Shown: positions 1-13,283 of the stretch, one piece after another | Position numbering within the stretch: the first letter of the stretch is position 1 | How the letters are laid out: every line of letters starts with the position of its first letter | Source: Podarcis melisellensis | Taxonomy: Eukaryota | Assembly (NCBI GenBank): GCA_964234715.1 | Contig: OZ174289.1 | DNA length: 64,000 nt | Strand: one strand, 5' to 3' | Translations under genes and position numbers: made by a program | The notes under the pieces: model-generated | Databases searched by the model: none | Told to the model about the DNA's origin: nothing | What the model saw: the letters and a program-made list of their open reading frames with translations, nothing else

Positions 1-320
1 AAATAAGGTTAGAATATGTTAAGATAAATTACAGGACAGAAAACAGAGGAAGATGGAAAGGAATTGCTGAAACAGTTAATTGAAGTGGAATACAAAAAGG
101 GAGGTGTGAGGAGGTCATGGAAACAAATGAAGGAAAGATAAGATACTGAAATTATTGGATGTGGTTTGAATTGTGTTTGTTTTGTTTTGTTGATTCAATG
201 TTTTAGTGTTGGTGTTATGTAGTGTTTTTATTTTTGTATTGTTTTGTTTTGTTTAATTCTTTTTTTCTCTTTTGTAGTCTTTAAACTGTTAATAAATATT
301 ATTATTTTTTTTAAAAAAAG
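1..320 (+). mobile_element. Probable 3' UTR/tail of an L1-type LINE
   Basis: Purine-rich then T-rich tract ending AATAAA...A-rich, the same layout as the L1 3' end at 55380-55612. Confidence 0.4.
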
Positions 321-598
321 AAAAGTGGGGTTATGATTGCACCCTAAGCTTGGGGGGGGGCAGGGATGACAAGGCTGTGCATCAGGGTGGGAGAGGAACT
401 CTCATGACCTTCCTTTTGCCACAACAATCTGGAGAGATTCAAAGTCTGGCACACACTTGGGTGGGGGGCAAGCAAGACCCTGCCGTGTGGCCCCCAAGGG
501 CCCATTTATTCATTTAGACGCTTTCTATTTTGCTTGTTTAGAATATATTCTGTGTAAAAATATCTGTAAGCAGCATGCAGAAAACTAAAAAATGTTGC

Positions 599-599
<1 letters not shown>

Positions 600-636
<37 letters not shown>
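600..636. repeat. (CA)n microsatellite
   Basis: Direct inspection. Confidence 0.95.
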
Positions 637-639
<3 letters not shown>

Positions 640-3600
640 CCCATAAATACAAATTACTAATAAATATATGCAGATACTACTTCCTTTGACACACCTTTCC
701 ATACAACACTTCTCGGCCTCCTGCCTCTTGCCCGGGGGCCTAAACTAACTCACCATCACTGGCCCTAGCCGTTATGATTTTAGGCTTGCTTTTATGGCAC
801 CAAGGTGGGTGGAACTTCCTGAGGCTGCCCCCAGGCATCTGTTCTCAGAGGAAACTGCATCCAAAGCCCCCACCACCATGGCAAAGGAATGGACAAATCT
901 GGCCCTGGGGGGAGCATTGGAAGAGTCATTTTGGGTAAACTATCACAGATCCTGTCTAGAGTTTTAAGACAACCGGAGACATAAACCAGTAAGGGAGACT
1001 CCACAGAGCACCTCTATTTCGGTTAACAGCCAATTAACCTTCCCTTGTCCATTTTCTGCTGTGTGAATTGAGTTTATTCCGATCTTCCATGAAACCAAGC
1101 CTGCACGACCCTCAGCTGAAGAGTGCTGCTTTCTGCCAGCAGTTGCCTCAGAAGCAATTGACTCTTTGGAGCAAAGGTTTTCCATTTTTGCCCTGGTGGT
1201 GCTTCTTGAGCCACAAACAATACGGCTCAAGCTCCACCAAGGTCAGCCAGGACAACCACTCCCCTGATGAGCAGATCTGCCCTTGCCCTCTCTCAGCCTT
1301 ACCTTCAGTCTGAATGATGCCAAGCTGTCAAAAGGAAAGTGGGGAACGCAAGTGTCCTAAGTTGTCTTTGAAACACATGCAAGGGATGTTAGAAGGGCTG
1401 GGGGGGGGGGCAAAATCTGTCAGAGACAATGCAGTCACAAGGGACAGCTTTGCTCCTGCGGGAGGGCTCACCTTCATCTTCCAAAACAGTAGCTTGACAG
1501 CTTTTTCTTTGAGGAGATGGCTTACACAGTGGGGCATATTAGAAAAAGTTCTGCTAAGCCAGCCCTGCAGTGTCAGAGGCAGTATGTCTCCCTATACCAG
1601 TTTCTAGGAATTGCACATGGGGGGAGCACCACTGCGCTCAGGTCCTGCTTTGGAGCTTCTTGTGAGGGCAGGTGCAGGAGACTTTTGGCCCTCCAGGTGC
1701 TGCTGAACTAGAACTCCCACCAGCCTTGCCAGCATGTGCAATGACCAGGGAAGGTGAGTGTTGTAGTCCAGCCACATCTGGAGGGCTACAGGTTATCCAC
1801 ACCTGCATTGGGGCATCTGGTCAGTCCCTGTGAGAACAGGATGCTGGATGGGATGAACCATTGGTCTGACAGCACCTCCAGTAGCAGGAGAGGAGCAACA
1901 GCTGGGACAACTGCAAAGCAGGTAAAACTTTTGCCACCATCTCCCTGCTTTGCTTTGCCACTGCTCCCCCTGAAAGGAGAAACCCTGGACCCACTCATCA
2001 CTGATTTAAAGCAGATAGCCTGATGTGAAACTTCTGGGTATGATGGGGAAGCTAAAAGGAGGGGGGGAAGAAAAATGTTGGTTTGACATGGTGTTGGGGT
2101 AGGGATTGAGGGTTTTTTATCTGCTAGTTAGTGGGTGGGAGTATTGCTGTGTTTATTGTTTGAGTATTACTATTGTTTTCATTACTGTTTAGGGGACTGG
2201 TGTGTTCACCCTATGAAATGTCAACATATCATACAATTTATTTTTTCATGTGGTATAAAGTATTCACATATATTTTTCTTTAATCTAAGGTGCTTGTAGA
2301 CCTTCGGGTGACATAAATAAACAAATCAAAATGTTCCTGTTTAGAAGCCATGTATGTCCTTCTCTGCTAGGGAGCACAAAAGGGCTGCATCTATCTCCAC
2401 AGGAATCTAGATGTGTACCTGCCATCTGGAATTTTGCCTGCCAGTCACATTTGGGCCAAACATTCCCAGAAAGGTGCAAGGGATAATAATATCCACCCTT
2501 CTCCATTCCTCAGGCCTGCACCAGTTTCCTTTGATTGAGAGGGTGCTCCGTAGGGACTTGATCCCTCGTCTCCCAGGTCCTAGTCCAACACTCTAACCTC
2601 TGCACTATCACTGGCTCAAATGCTCTAAGACCCAAAAAACAAAGAGGGTGTGTGTGTAGAATGAGGGGGGGGTGATGCTCTTTTGCAGATCTGGCATTTC
2701 TCTCATCCCTCTTCCCGTTGAGTTCTGTGGAGCCCTGCTTTTGCCACAGAACAAATGAGAAACACAACAGAACGGTCACATCTGAGAAACACAGAAGGTG
2801 ATACTGAGGCGATAGCTTTTTGTCAAACAGACCCTAGACCTTTCAAACCCCTCTGCAAGCATTTTAGCCACATGTAGGTTTTGCTTTTCTATTGTCCACC
2901 ACACACAGGTGATCATAGCAAAAAGTAGGGTAGGGGGGAGGCTTGAAGCTTTAACTGTTTCAGCTCCATTTAGAGATGTGACAGAAGCGCCTCATATTAT
3001 TCATAGTGTAGAAGAAATGGAGAGATGTTTCTTTCTCTCCCTCAGAGTGCTAGAACTCAGCGGGGTCATCCAGTGAGGACAGCTTTAAAAGAGGATTGGG
3101 CAAATCTGTGCAGGGTAAGACTGTCAGTGGCCACTAGCCAAGGTGGGTCCATGGTCAGAGGCTGAATGCCTTTCAGTACCAGTCACTGGGAATCACAAGA
3201 GGGGAGAGTTGCTGCTGCTGCTGCTGCACGATGGTCCTGTCTGTGGACGTCCTACAGGCAGCTGGTTAGCCACAGTGAGATCAGGACAGGGGACAAGATG
3301 GGCCTTGGTGGCCTGATTCTGCCATTCCTATTTACTGTGTTCTTTGCTCTGATTGCTTTTCTTTTTGGGTGCCTGTGAAGTATACAGCTTTCTTTCTTTC
3401 TCCTGACTTGAAAGCAGCCCAGTAACATGGCACCTCTCTTATTTCCTGTCCATTACAAGATTCTGGTCCATTCTCTAAATAAACAAGCCCTACGCATCAA
3501 AGAAAGCAAAACCCGCTAGCTAGCCAGCAAGTTCTGTCTGGCATTTATATGAAGGAACATGCCTAGAAGTTGGAATAATGGAGTTTTATTTGGGAGTTGG

Positions 3601-6210
3601 AAGGTAGGAGGAGAAGGCAGCAAACACAGAACCAGTCAGAAGAAACTGAAGCACCCACTTCTGGGAGTCGCTGAGTATGGGAAGCGCAATTCAGAGGAGC
3701 TAAATTTATGGACAGAAGTATCTCTGTTAAAGTCTATCTGTATTATAAGGCCCAGGTATAACACCCTAACCCAGAAAAGAAAAGTAGATTGCTTTGATGT
3801 TGATGAAATTTAATTCCTAGTTTGGGTGAAACCAATCAGCAGCTCCCCACCTTCTGTCTGGTGCATATGATCTGGGACTCTACTGTGAGAAGCGCCTTAA
3901 ACAAAAATGAAGTGAGAGGAAAGTGTCAGGACCTTGGAGAGCACCACCGCACAAGTGGAAAATCTACCACCTTAAAAAGCATAACCAGAAAAGATGTTCT
4001 TGCCTTTAGAAGACATCCAATGAAGTTGAATGTTGGAAGATTCCAGACATATAAAAGAAAATGCTTCTTATTTTCATTATTTATTAATTTTTATACCACT
4101 CTTCATCTGCAGATCTCAGGGCTGTTCACAATATAGAAATACAACATAAAAACACAAAATATATAATATAAACAACAACAAAACACAAACCAGTAAACCC
4201 ATCCTTTCCCACAAACACATATAAAAGGGGTATAAGATGACAATCAGCCAAAAGCCTGGCTGAAGAGGAATGTTTTCAAGTGGTGCCTTGTGGTGTATGG
4301 AGGTGCCCCTCTTTTCAGCTGAGCTTCCCCCAGCCCTGCTTTTTGTGAATGTGCAGGTGTGAAAACCTGGACAAGCTACCTCTTCCTAATAGGGTTTTCC
4401 CCTGCACCTCCCTTGTGCCAGTTTAATACTCTTCTGAAACAGGGCACTCAGCTTGTGTCCTTCCAGATATAGCTGAACTACAGTTCCCATCATTCTTCAC
4501 CATTGATTAGGTTGGCTGCAGCTGATTGGAGCTGGAATCCAGAGACATCCAGATGCCCAAAGATTCTCTGCTGCTGATCTAAGCTAAACATAGCAGGTTC
4601 CTCTTTGATCCTTCCCTTCTCCTTTCTTATATGCCACCCACCTTCTCAATTTATCAACATTTCTCCTGAAATGCACTTAACACTGTGTTTCAAAAGGCCT
4701 CTCAATATGCCATGCTGAGTGGAGCAACCCATTTGGCTGCCTCCTGTATCTTAGGTACATTCCACCAGCTAATGCATCCTTAAAGCACATCACCTTCTAA
4801 TCTCATGTAAGTGGCTGAGGCCGGCATTGCTCTGCCCTGGCTACTGTTGTTTGTGCGTGTGTGCAGGCATGTGTTTTTGTGAGAGAGGTTTGTGTGAACA
4901 TCAGTTGTGGATCTGATGACATGCTTGAGCCCTGATAATAGCTCTCCATCCCCAAAAGGGTACTTGCTTTCCATTCAGGAATGCCTGGTTTTGGAAGAGA
5001 CAACCTGACAGGCAGTCAGCAAACCTTGCACAGAAGGTGCAATTCCTCTTCAAAGCCTGCAATTGATGTAGGTGGACGGTGCTGAGTCTGCTGCTGAGGC
5101 AGAATCTACTGCAGAGCACAAGGGCCAGAGACAATGATTTATCTGGGGCAGCCAGCTGGGGATAGCAAAACAGCAGAGGCAACTCCATTGGTATTTTGCA
5201 CCACCAGGAGCTCGGTAGATTGCACACATTACTGCAAATGATCAGGTCAGGAGTCAACAGCAAAATAACCACAATCACCCACAGCCAGCCAGGCTGTGGC
5301 ATAGACAGAGGGAGAGGAAGGCACCTCCTCCCTGGATTTCCCATGCATAGGAGAAGGAGGAGACTCCACCGTCACATGTGCTTGAGAACGGGATCTTGGC
5401 CAGGTGGCCAGAAGGGGGGTGGCATTAGAAGAGAGGCTTTGTTGCTGTCTCAGGGGTCCTGAGCCCTGTAAGCAAAATGCAGCGCACCTGAGCTGCCTGT
5501 TACCAGGCCTAAAGGCTTTGCCAGATTCACACTTTCCTCCTCTCCCATCCATCTAGGATGAAAGTCTCTGTGCTAGTTTAAAAGAGTACAGCCTCCATTT
5601 GGAGAGTGCCAAATAGCATTCCACATGGCATAACTCCATGTGGGTGGGTGCAGTGTACATTTGTGGCCTTGCACCAGCGTTGACGTCCTTTTCTCCAGTA
5701 AGGGGAGTTGGGCTGAGAGCTGTTGTCCAGGTTTATTGTTCGATTCGATTTAAAAGTGAGGAGCAGCCTGGACAGCCCCTCCTCCCCACTCAGCTTTCCC
5801 ACACATCCATGGCTGGGCCTGCGGGATAGCCAAAGTAGCGCTGCTTTGCCTAGTCCCGAATCCTCTGCCTGAATTGCTTTGGAAAACCCCAATCAGGTTG
5901 CTTTATGACCTGCCCTGTGGGGGAATCCGGAGCAGCTGCCAAGAGGGAGGCTGGTTTTCTCTCCGCATGCACGTGGGAGCCCCAAGAGATGGCCCTTGCT
6001 GAGCTCAAGCAATTCATCCTGATTAGCGGCTGCTATTTGAAGGGATAATTGTTACATAATTATTCCGTGTGCTCAAAACACTGCTGTACATCTGTGGTCC
6101 CCAGGCCTTCCCTTGTTCTTTTCCCTGAACTAAACCAAGATTTCTGCTCCCCCTGCATAGAACAGGGGTCAGAGGAGCCATTCTCTGGGCAGGCATCGTT
6201 GGAGAGGTTA

Positions 6211-6345
6211 GGAACAGGCTATAGCCCAGTGGCAGAGCCTGGAGAAGGTCCTGGGTTCAATCTCCAATGGCAATATCCAGGTAGGGCTGGGAATGTTCCT
6301 TGTCTGAAACCCACAGGAGCTGCTGCCAGTCAGTGAAGACAATGA
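6211..6345 (+). mobile_element. tRNA-derived SINE, degenerate (family also at about 38183-38340, 39389-39575, 61862-62025 on +; 49427-49570 on -)
   Basis: A-box TAGCCCAGTGG, B-box GGTTCAATC, shared body CCAGGTAGGGCTGGG...GCTGCTGCCAGTCAGTG. Confidence 0.7.
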
Positions 6346-6849
6346 GTGGAAAGCGCAAAAGCAATTGTTCTATCAGCACATCTTTGCACAATGAAACGTT
6401 TCCCCCCTCTCACCCACCCCTGCTCCCCTTAAATCTGTCTTAAATCCTCAACCCTCTGGATCAGATTGTGGGGACGAGGAATGCATGAGGAAGAGGGACT
6501 CCCATTGCACAAGGAGAATTCCTTGCGCTTATGGGACTTATTTGTAGAATACCACCCAGTTTTAACCTAGATGGACCATTGGTCTATGGCAATGGTTCTC
6601 GAAGCGTGCGCCACCCTGGTGTGGCAGAAGAGGGTGGCAAATGTGGCAGGAAGATTCAAGGACAATCAAAGAAACATTTAAACATTCCAGGGAGTGTAGC
6701 GTAGTATAGTATATTAAAAAAATCATTTTTAATTGCAGAATATGGATACATGTCTTTTCAAAATGAGAGCAAGAGCATCAAGTGATAGTGAGAACAATCC
6801 CAGTTGTGATCCAGAGTTGTTGGTTGAACAGAGTGCAACTCTGAGGGTT

Positions 6850-7251
6850 TTTCCCAAGCAATCAGAGACAGTGCCTGTGTGCCATCTGTCTTTGCTCTGC
6901 CTGGTTCATGCCTCTCCTGATTCTGGGAGACAAGCAAGAAGGGGAGCTTGTTGCAGCAGGAGTGGGAGACACCTGTGACTCTTCACCAGCTTCTTCACTG
7001 CCTTTTGACCTGCCTCCTCCCACTTTCCTGCTTCAGCTTCTACCTCTGATTCTGGACTGCTCTCTGCCACAGACTCTCTCTGCTCATTAAGCCCTGTTAC
7101 CCCTTCAGCTTCCAACACCACCTCCCAGTCCTCTCCCTCTGACTACTCATCATCATCCCACCACCACTCCCTGGGCTCTGAGCCTTCTTCTTTTGGGGGT
7201 TCCCTAGCTAGTTCCTCCCACCATTCCTCTGCATTCAACTAGTCCGTGACA
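6850..7251 (-). mobile_element. Probable LTR-retrotransposon solo-LTR fragment
   Basis: Minus strand begins TGTCACGGACT followed by a GA-rich body resembling the TGTCA...TGACA element at 46355-46752; left boundary uncertain. Confidence 0.45.
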
Positions 7252-8530
7252 CTCATGGAGGGTGCAAAGCAGAGCCAGTGAGGGATGTGGCATGGGGAGG
7301 GTTCCCAGGGCCATTTGGCCCTCCCCAGGCCTGAGGCACCCTATCTTTGCTGTAGAGGTATAAGGATACCTGGTGCAGACACTTTGCTGGTGCCAATCTG
7401 GACTGGGAAGGCAGGGAGCCCAACTGCAGTTAGAGCCAGAGCCAGTGATAAGCAAAGCCAACTCATCCTAGTTTCGTCCTCACCCTCCTGCTCTCTGCTG
7501 AGTTCTGCCAGGGCACCACTGAGACTAAGGAGGAGGTGGCTGGCTGAGAGCAGTCTGAAGCTGGTAGTACAGTGCCACCCTCTGCCCTAAATAGGCCAGC
7601 TTCCACTGGGTGAAGCTGAGCAGGTCTTGGTGCCTGGATAGGGGATCACCTGGGAGCATCCCCACCTAACCCATTGTATGCTGCCTTGAGGTGCGTGGGA
7701 GAAATGTAGGATATAAATGTAACACTTGTTTGATTTTTCCTTCCAAAAACATGACAAGTCTCTAATTTCATCTGACAATGCTGGAGGCTTTGCTACAGCA
7801 ATAGCAGTAGCAGGAAGATGCACCACACAATCCAGGAAGATGCCCCATGTTTGTCCTCTTTTCTGGAAAGAAGTGTTGCAGAGCAGGTTCTTTGTCTCAT
7901 TCTGATGAAGACAGATGCCTCACCCATACTTCTGCATGCTTTCTAGGCATGGATCCAAGTGGTTTTCCATGTGCCCCACCGTCTTCCCCAGGCAAACCCA
8001 CTCTTTACTGCTGAATCAGAGTAAATATGAATCCACAGCAAACCCAACTGTTGTTTGTTGTGATTCAACAATAAGGAGCCGGTTTCTCCAGGAGAAAGTA
8101 CCTGGACAAGAGGAATCATGGGTGAGCCCAGACACTGCTATAAGCTTTAAACTGGACCCTTTTACTTAACAACACCCACCATTATTGGTTACGGCAGCAG
8201 TGAGGAGGAACAATGTAAGAGAAGCTAAATTCACAGCTCAGGAAGGCCACACATTAACCATTTAGCGTCTATTCTCTCTCAGTACTAATTAATTAATTAA
8301 AAACTGTTGCTTATTCAAGCAAGGTGTGAGCTTACCCTCTCCATCACTTGGACAACTGGGCTATTATTATTGTTGTTGTTGTTGTTATTTTGTGGCATGC
8401 GTGGTTGTGGAACACAGATTTGAGGCCAAGACATCCCAGGTCTACTTAACCTTAAGCCCAGTTTCTGCAGTGCCAGATCACAGAAAATGATTGTTATCTC
8501 AAGGTATTTGTTGGCCCTAACATTCTTGGC

Positions 8531-8865
8531 CATGGGTGGCGCTGTGGGTTAAACCACAGAGCCTAGGACTTGCCGATCAGAAGGTCGGAGGTTCGAATCC
8601 CTGTGACGGGGTGAGCTCCCGTTGCTCGGTACCTGCTCCTGCCAACCTAGCAGTTCGAAAGCACGTCACAGTGCAAGTAGATAAATAGCGGGAAGGTAAA
8701 CGGTGTTTCTGTGCACTGCTCTGGTTCGCCAGAAGCGGCTTAGTCATGCTGGCCACATGACCCAGAAGCTGTACGCTGGCTCCCTTGGCCAATAAAGCAA
8801 GATGAGTGCCGCAACCCCAGAGTCGTCCGTGACTGGACCTAATGGTCAGGGGTCCCTTTACCTTT
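8531..8865 (+). mobile_element. Sauria SINE
   Basis: GGTGGCGCTGTGG A-box, GGTTCGAATCC B-box, (CCTTTA)n tail; 11-bp TSD ACATTCTTGGC at 8520-8530 and 8866-8876. Confidence 0.95.
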
Positions 8866-9398
8866 ACATTCTTGGCAGAGGTTAAGTCCCAACAGATATC
8901 AGGGTAGTTGAAGTCTCCCATGATGATGATGACTACTATATCTCTCATTTTGGAATGTTTGGTAATCTGTTCTAGGAAGGTATCATCCATGACTTCAGTT
9001 TGGCTTAGAGGTCTATAGTAGACCCCACTTAAGTCACTGTTGTTTCCCCCTCCTAAAATTTTTACCCCAGTACTTTCAACATGCCTTCCAAGCTGAAACC
9101 CCTCACAGGTGTACACATCCTTTACATTTAATACTATTCCTCCTCCCATCGAGTTTGGTCTTTTCTTTTTGAATAAATTATACCCCTCAATTACTGCATT
9201 CCTGTCATCAGTTGCATCTCACCAGGTTTCAGTAATGCCCATTATGCCTTATTTGCCAACCTGTGTTAAGAGCTCATCTTTATTTCCTATGCTCTGTGCA
9301 TTAGTACAAAGAAAAGTGAAACGACGAGTCATTCCCCCTCATTACTTTATGGTCCCCCCCATCCTTTTGCAGGTTCTTGTGCCACAGTCTCTTGTACA

Positions 9399-11386
9399 CA
9401 TAGGCGCCGACTCCATGGGGCCTGAGGGGGCCCGAGCCCCCTCAAAAATTCGTTTGGGGGGGCTCTGCCCCCCCAATAATTTAAGAAAATTATTGAGCGA
9501 ATGTGTGGTCCCTGGAGCCGGAGCGCAGGGGCAAAAATCAGATTGGGTGGTCGGGCGGAGGGAAGGCAGAAGCTGCTGCTTTCCTGCATTCTGCCTCAGG
9601 GTCTTACTGCCCACCCGCTTCTGTTGCTGCGTTTGCTCAAACTCAACAAAGAGCAGGTAATCCCCTGCCCTCCTGGCAAGCAGAGGGTTAAGGAAAGGAT
9701 CGAGTCCTTCCTTCTAATTCTTTCCTAGTCACACTGCGTGCAGGCTCCAGCCCACCACCTCCCCCTCTAGGGACTCGCAGGCAGCCGAAAAACATGCAGG
9801 TGGGAGAGAGAGAGAGAGGGCTGGCTTGGGGGGGGGACTTTTGCCTTCCTTTCCTCCCCCCCCACCCCTTTAAACTCCTCCCCTGCATTCTTAGCCAGCT
9901 GCTTCTCCGCACACCCCTCTTGTGCTTCTTGTCCCTTCTGTGTTTTTCCTTCCCTCCCCATTTAAAACGTGGTGACAAAGCACGGATCCACATGGATCCT
10001 CAGGATTTTTGCATCGGGTCACCCCAAATTCACCATCAGATCACATTACATGTCCATGGCTACAGTCTGTACCAAAAAAATCACGCACCCACTGTTGCCT
10101 GGGGCTGCAATGGTGCAAAAACGTGGTTACAAAGCATGGATCCTCAGGATCTTTGCACTGGGTCACCCCAAATTCACCATCAGATAACATAGCATGTCCA
10201 TGGCTACAGCCTGCACCAAAAAAATCACGCACCCACTGTGGCCTGGGGTCACAGTGGTGCAAAAACGTGGTTACAAAGCACGGATCCACATGGATCCTCA
10301 GGATTTTTGCACTGGGTCACCCCAAATTCACCATCAGATCACATAGCATGTCCATGGCTACATCTTGCACCAAAAAAATCACGCACCCACTGTTGCCTAG
10401 GGTCACAGTGGTGCAAAAACGTGGTTACAAAGCACGGATCCACATGGATCCTCAGGATCTTTGCATTGGGTCACCCCAAATTCACCATCAGATCACATAG
10501 CATGTCCATGGCTACATCTTGCACCAAAAAAATCACGCACCCACTGTTGCCTAGGGTCACAGTGGTGCAAAAACGTGGTTACAAAGCATGGATCCACCTG
10601 GATCCTCAGGATTTTTGCATTGGGCTACTCCAAACTCACTGTCAGATATTAAAAATCTTTATAAAATAGAGAATTAAATACATACAGAATGTTAAATTTT
10701 CAGTTTCGAAATATTAGTACTAGTTTAGTACTGTATTTCTATATTACTATAGTACTGTATTAGTTATTTTCAAATACTTAAATATTTTTAGGGTGTAAGA
10801 CCCAATTAAAGCCCGTTATTTACATACAGTATTACAGTATTTACATACAGTATTAGGCATACTGTATTAACTTTATTAACTGTATTAAAGCATTAACTTT
10901 GAGATATTATTTTTATTTAATGAACCCTCAGCCTTATTCAAAGTAAGCTTAAATTAGCTATTTCACTTATTAATCAAAGCGCTATTACTGTGCGACAGCA
11001 ATATTTTATGTTTTATTCTTTTAATGATAGTTTAGGATTTATTTAAATATCATTTCAGTCTTTTCAGAGCTATATATTCACTGCTCTGTAATAGTCTATA
11101 AGCATAATTGTTACTGTAAATTAAATTAGCTTTTTACGAAAATACTGTGCGTGTTTATGTTTTGTTTCTTTTTTCAAAGCCAAAAAGTGTTTCAGGCTTG
11201 TCGAGTTTCCCGGAGTGTGGAGTTATAGAGAGTCGAGTTTTCGGGGTTCTAATGTTGATCATATGACTCTAAAATACTTTTAAAAAACTTTAAAACTCAC
11301 TAATTTTCATCTAAAATTTAGAAAACTTCCCGGGGCAGGACCCCGGTATGGGCCCCCCCAATATTTTTTATAAGTCTGCGCCCCTG
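9399..11386. mobile_element. Non-autonomous hAT-type DNA transposon (1988 bp)
   Basis: 8-bp TSD CTTGTACA at 9391-9398 and 11387-11394; imperfect TIRs CATAGGCGCCGACT / CAGGGGCGCAGACT; no transposase ORF. Confidence 0.88.
9964..10648. repeat. 154-bp tandem repeat, about 4.5 copies, inside the hAT element
   Basis: ACGTGGT anchor at 9967, 10121, 10265, 10419 and 10573 (spacings 154, 144, 154, 154). Confidence 0.95.
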
Positions 11387-12756
11387 CTTGTACATCAATG
11401 AAGTGATTATCTCCAGTACTTGGTGCCTGCACCACAGTCTCAGGGTTTAGTTTAAAGCTTTCCTTATTATTTTAAAGCTTTCCTTATCAGGTTTGCAAGT
11501 CTCCTAGCAAATACATTCTTACCAACCACTGAGAGGTACAAGAGCTCCCACGCCCACACACAATTGAGATGTGCGGAGAAACATAGTCTTCAGATGCTCC
11601 TGAGTTGAACTCTCAACTCCAAACATCCTGGATCATCTATGCCACTAGCCCATGGGCTCTGCCCTATAACCCAGATGGTTGTTTAGCTGGATCATGACAG
11701 CAGCAATGCCCAGAGTCTGGCAGCATATGCTACTCTAGAGCCCCAGCCTGTCTATTACTGAGAGTAGCAACTGGGCTGGGATGAACAGGCCCGCAGAAGG
11801 GCAAGGAGACAGCTCTGACAGTGGCATGCAAGGAGACTGCTCATCCCCGCTGGCTCTGGCACAAGTAGTGTTTAGCAGCAACTTGGAGAAGATGAGAGTC
11901 AAGAGAAAAGAGGCTGGGATCTGTCAGTCCAGCTTAACATAGAAGCTGGCTGGTGCTAACAGACAGGGTACCAGCCCACCCTGACAGCTAAGCTGCCAGA
12001 GGCCTGGCCTTGGTGTGTCTGTCAGGACAGAGGGGCATAGCCCCTGCACGGGTCAGGAAAGCCTTGACCCAACATCAGGCCCCCAAGCTGGGACAAGGGG
12101 AAATGTTTTTGTAGTTGGAGTGCAAGTGGGTATCGCAGCTCTGCAATCTCAGAAAGAAAGGACATTTGGCTACCATGTATGATGTTGCAGGCGTGGTCTG
12201 CTATAAAGCAAGTAGGCTTCCAGCAAGGCTGATGGTGCATTGGCAGGGGGAAGTGGGTATCCACAGCAGGGGAGAGAGGAGGCTTGCTTGAGCAACTGGA
12301 AATAGCATAGCTTCCTTCTGCACTGAGTGTTTCGCCTTGTACTCAGATCTTTACTTGTCTTGGCATAGGTACTCATCCTTTACCCTATGTTTGTCATGTC
12401 ATAACAAACTGGGATCTGGACATGTAAAAAGCAATATGCAGTGGGCTAGTTTAAGAATTCAGCACATATACTGAATATGCACTCCCTAGTTGAGGACTGG
12501 GGCTGATGTCAGTCTTCAGCTGCACCTCCCCGCAAAGAGTTCCTGGTGCCCCTGTCTTCGGCCCACAACCCAAGAAGCCCTATGTCCAAACAAAGGCCTG
12601 CCTTTAACATAAGAACAACCTGCTGGATCAGGTCACAGGCCCATCCAGCTTAGTCTGTTCTCACAGTGGCCAACCAGAAGACTGTGGGAAGCTTGCAAGC
12701 AAGATCTGAAACCAACAGACATCTAAGCACCTCCAACACTAGAGAAGTGTAGCCAT

Positions 12757-12885
12757 CAGCATGGTGCTGCTAACACCAAGTCTGCAGGTTCAATCCCCTT
12801 ATGGGATAGCTGCATATTCCTGCATTGCAGGGGGTTGGACTAGATGGTCCTCAGGGTCCCTTCTAACTCTACAATTCTATGATTC
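12757..12885 (+). mobile_element. SINE with tRNA-like head and CR1-type 3' tail
   Basis: AGCATGGTGCTGCTAACACCAAG...GGTTCAATCCC followed by GGTTGGACTAGATG...ATTCTATGATTC. Confidence 0.75.
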
Positions 12886-13022
12886 ATTGTGGCTAGTAGC
12901 CACTGATACTTTTATGCTCCATGGATTTATCTAACCATCCTTTAAAGCTGCCCTTGTTGGTGGCCATCAGGAATAACTTGGTGAACTGCGTAGTTTAACT
13001 ACGTGCTGAGCAAATAAACGTA

Positions 13023-13283
13023 CAGTCATACCTCAGGTTACAGATGCGTCGGGTTGCGCGATTTCGGGTTGCGCATCACGCCGAACCTGGAAGTACCGGA
13101 ATGGTTACTTCTGGGTTTCGGCACTTGCGCATGCACAGAAACGCTAAATTGTGCTTTGCGCATGGACAGAAGCACCAAATCGCAGCCTGCACATGCACAG
13201 ACACATGGGTCATGGGTTGCGAACGCTGCGGGTTGCGAACATGCCTCCCGCACGGATCACGTTCACAACCTGAGCGTCCACTG
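13023..13283. mobile_element. Tc1/mariner (Tigger-like) MITE
   Basis: TA flanks on both sides; TIRs CAGTCATACCTCAGGTT / CAGTGGACGCTCAGGTT. Confidence 0.85.

Larger units (their letters stand above)
8430..11540 (-). mobile_element. Degraded CR1 LINE (ORF1 end plus ORF2 endonuclease), interrupted by a Sauria SINE and a hAT element
   Basis: ORF1 end LSVVGKNVFARRLANLIRKAL at about 11475-11540; ORF2 motifs TNAQSIGNK, GITETW, GVYYRP, MGDFNYPDICW at 8880-9310. Confidence 0.85.

Noticed and set aside
5070-5090. REST/RE1 site
   Set aside because: Only the left half-site matches; not a canonical 21-bp RE1.
6590-6830. Possible left end of a hAT-Charlie transposon with start of a transposase
   Set aside because: No matching right TIR or TSD and no diagnostic motif; unsupported.
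8531-8620. tRNA-like A/B boxes (also at 16052, 39389, 61862)
   Set aside because: SINE heads; no full cloverleaf and they continue into SINE bodies.
9794-10669. Several overlapping 60-160 aa repetitive ORFs, and a possible CRISPR-like look
   Set aside because: By-products of the 154-bp tandem repeat (unit not divisible by 3); no unique spacers; eukaryotic DNA.
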